Assembly (NCBI GenBank): GCA_001599295.1
Contig: BCGN01000001.1
Span: forward strand, 310,001-374,000
Direction: 5' to 3'
Origin: Sporopachydermia quercuum
Lineage: Eukaryota
Length of the DNA stretch: 64,000 bases
Part shown: positions 63,043-64,000 of the stretch, in pieces
Position numbering within the stretch: position 1 is the stretch's first letter
How the letters are laid out: every line of letters starts with the position of its first letter
Position numbers and translations under genes: made by a program
Notes under the pieces: model-generated
What the model saw: the letters and a program-made list of their open reading frames with translations, nothing else
Told to the model about the DNA's origin: nothing
Databases searched by the model: none

Positions 63043-63845
63043 CTTTGGAATAAATTGATTTACACAAAAGAAAGCTTTTTGCTTCCAGCATGAGATGAAA
63101 CTACTACTCAATTATTTGCAATCAATGGAAAATCTACTATAAACTACTAGTTGATTGTTTGATTTCAAGTAACGGGTAAGGTAGGTTCATTACGTTCTTA
63201 CGATAGTCATTGATGATTTTAGTTAACCATTGCCCTGCATTTTTTTCTTACCTGCATTAGTTACTCACATATTTTTGTGTGAGGTAGATTTTCTGAGGGT
63301 GTGAGCAGAGACATCATATCACTTAGTCTGAAACTCCTAGAAGAAAATCATATCAGGGACCTATTTTTGGATCTGTTGTCAATCTTAGGAGCATTTTACT
63401 CTCTTGTAACTGAGAACCTATCGAATAACGTTCTCAGATTCGGGATAATGCAGAAATGTAATTTCTTCTATCTCCCAAAATGCGCTACCAAATTCCTTGC
63501 TATCAGATAATCATAAAGAACGTTATGAGATTATTCGAACAAAATGATTCAACTAGTATAAATTTCTTTTTAAATACTAAACCTCCGTTGGTACTCTTAG
63601 AGATGAAATATCAATAACAATGTGAATCCTACCTATCTCACATTGTTCAAAATGATTAAGATTCCAGAAGCACCAAAACGTACCTCAAGTTCAAAACCGT
63701 TAGCTTCTTCAAACTCATGCATACTCAATGCAAGAGAACTTTCTTACTTGCAAAGTTTCTTTAGATGACATAATCACTTTTATTTTTGATCTTCAGACTT
63801 ACTGCCTGTCTCTATATCTTACTTTTATTCCTACCTGCAGTAATT
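63043..63845 (+). mobile_element. Degenerate LINE-like RT fossil, domains ~0-6 (best-preserved copy)
   Basis: One frame gives LWNKL..LLPA*DETTTQLFAINGKSTINY*LIV*FQVTGK (63043-63180) and RFSEGVSRDII...LFLDLLSILGAFYSLVTENL.N.VLRFGI (63286-63447). After frameshifts come R-QNDSTSINFF (~RQGDSLSPLLF, 63536-63569), KVSLDDIITFI (63752-63784) and LQTYCLSLYLTF. Confidence 0.75.
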
Positions 63846-64000
63846 AGGCAGAAAAAAACATATATATATATATATTCTTTATGAATATCCTATCCTTTCT
63901 TTCTTCTTGCGCAGCTAGATAAATGGCAAAACATCCCAATTGTGCAAATATAGTCTACCAATAAGGAGCTAATAGCTCGAATCTTTTTGCATTATAGTAT

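Overview
This is a eukaryotic window from a budding yeast (Saccharomycotina-like). It is AT-rich, has no evident introns, and reads CUG as Leu. It holds about 19 protein-coding genes: a 5'-truncated Mms22/Mus7-like ORF, SWC4, CUL3, an orphan, RGP1, a PTS1 peroxiredoxin, an SDR, a CCW12-like GPI protein, RAD55, MRS3/4, ADF1, KRR1, MRC1, VAC17, PRM1, a conserved unknown, PDC1, a bacterial-type F420/NADP oxidoreductase-family gene, SKY1 and GAS3. Three micro-syntenic blocks match S. cerevisiae. The most unusual observation is in the long spacers. Hand translation through stops and frameshifts shows that most gaps over ~1 kb carry heavily decayed retrotransposon coding fossils: about ten non-LTR (LINE-like) reverse-transcriptase fragments, plus Ty1/copia protease and integrase fragments and a Ty3/gypsy integrase fragment. 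These calls are by-eye alignments to remembered consensus motifs and need profile-HMM confirmation. I found no tRNA, rRNA, snRNA, CRISPR or intact transposon.
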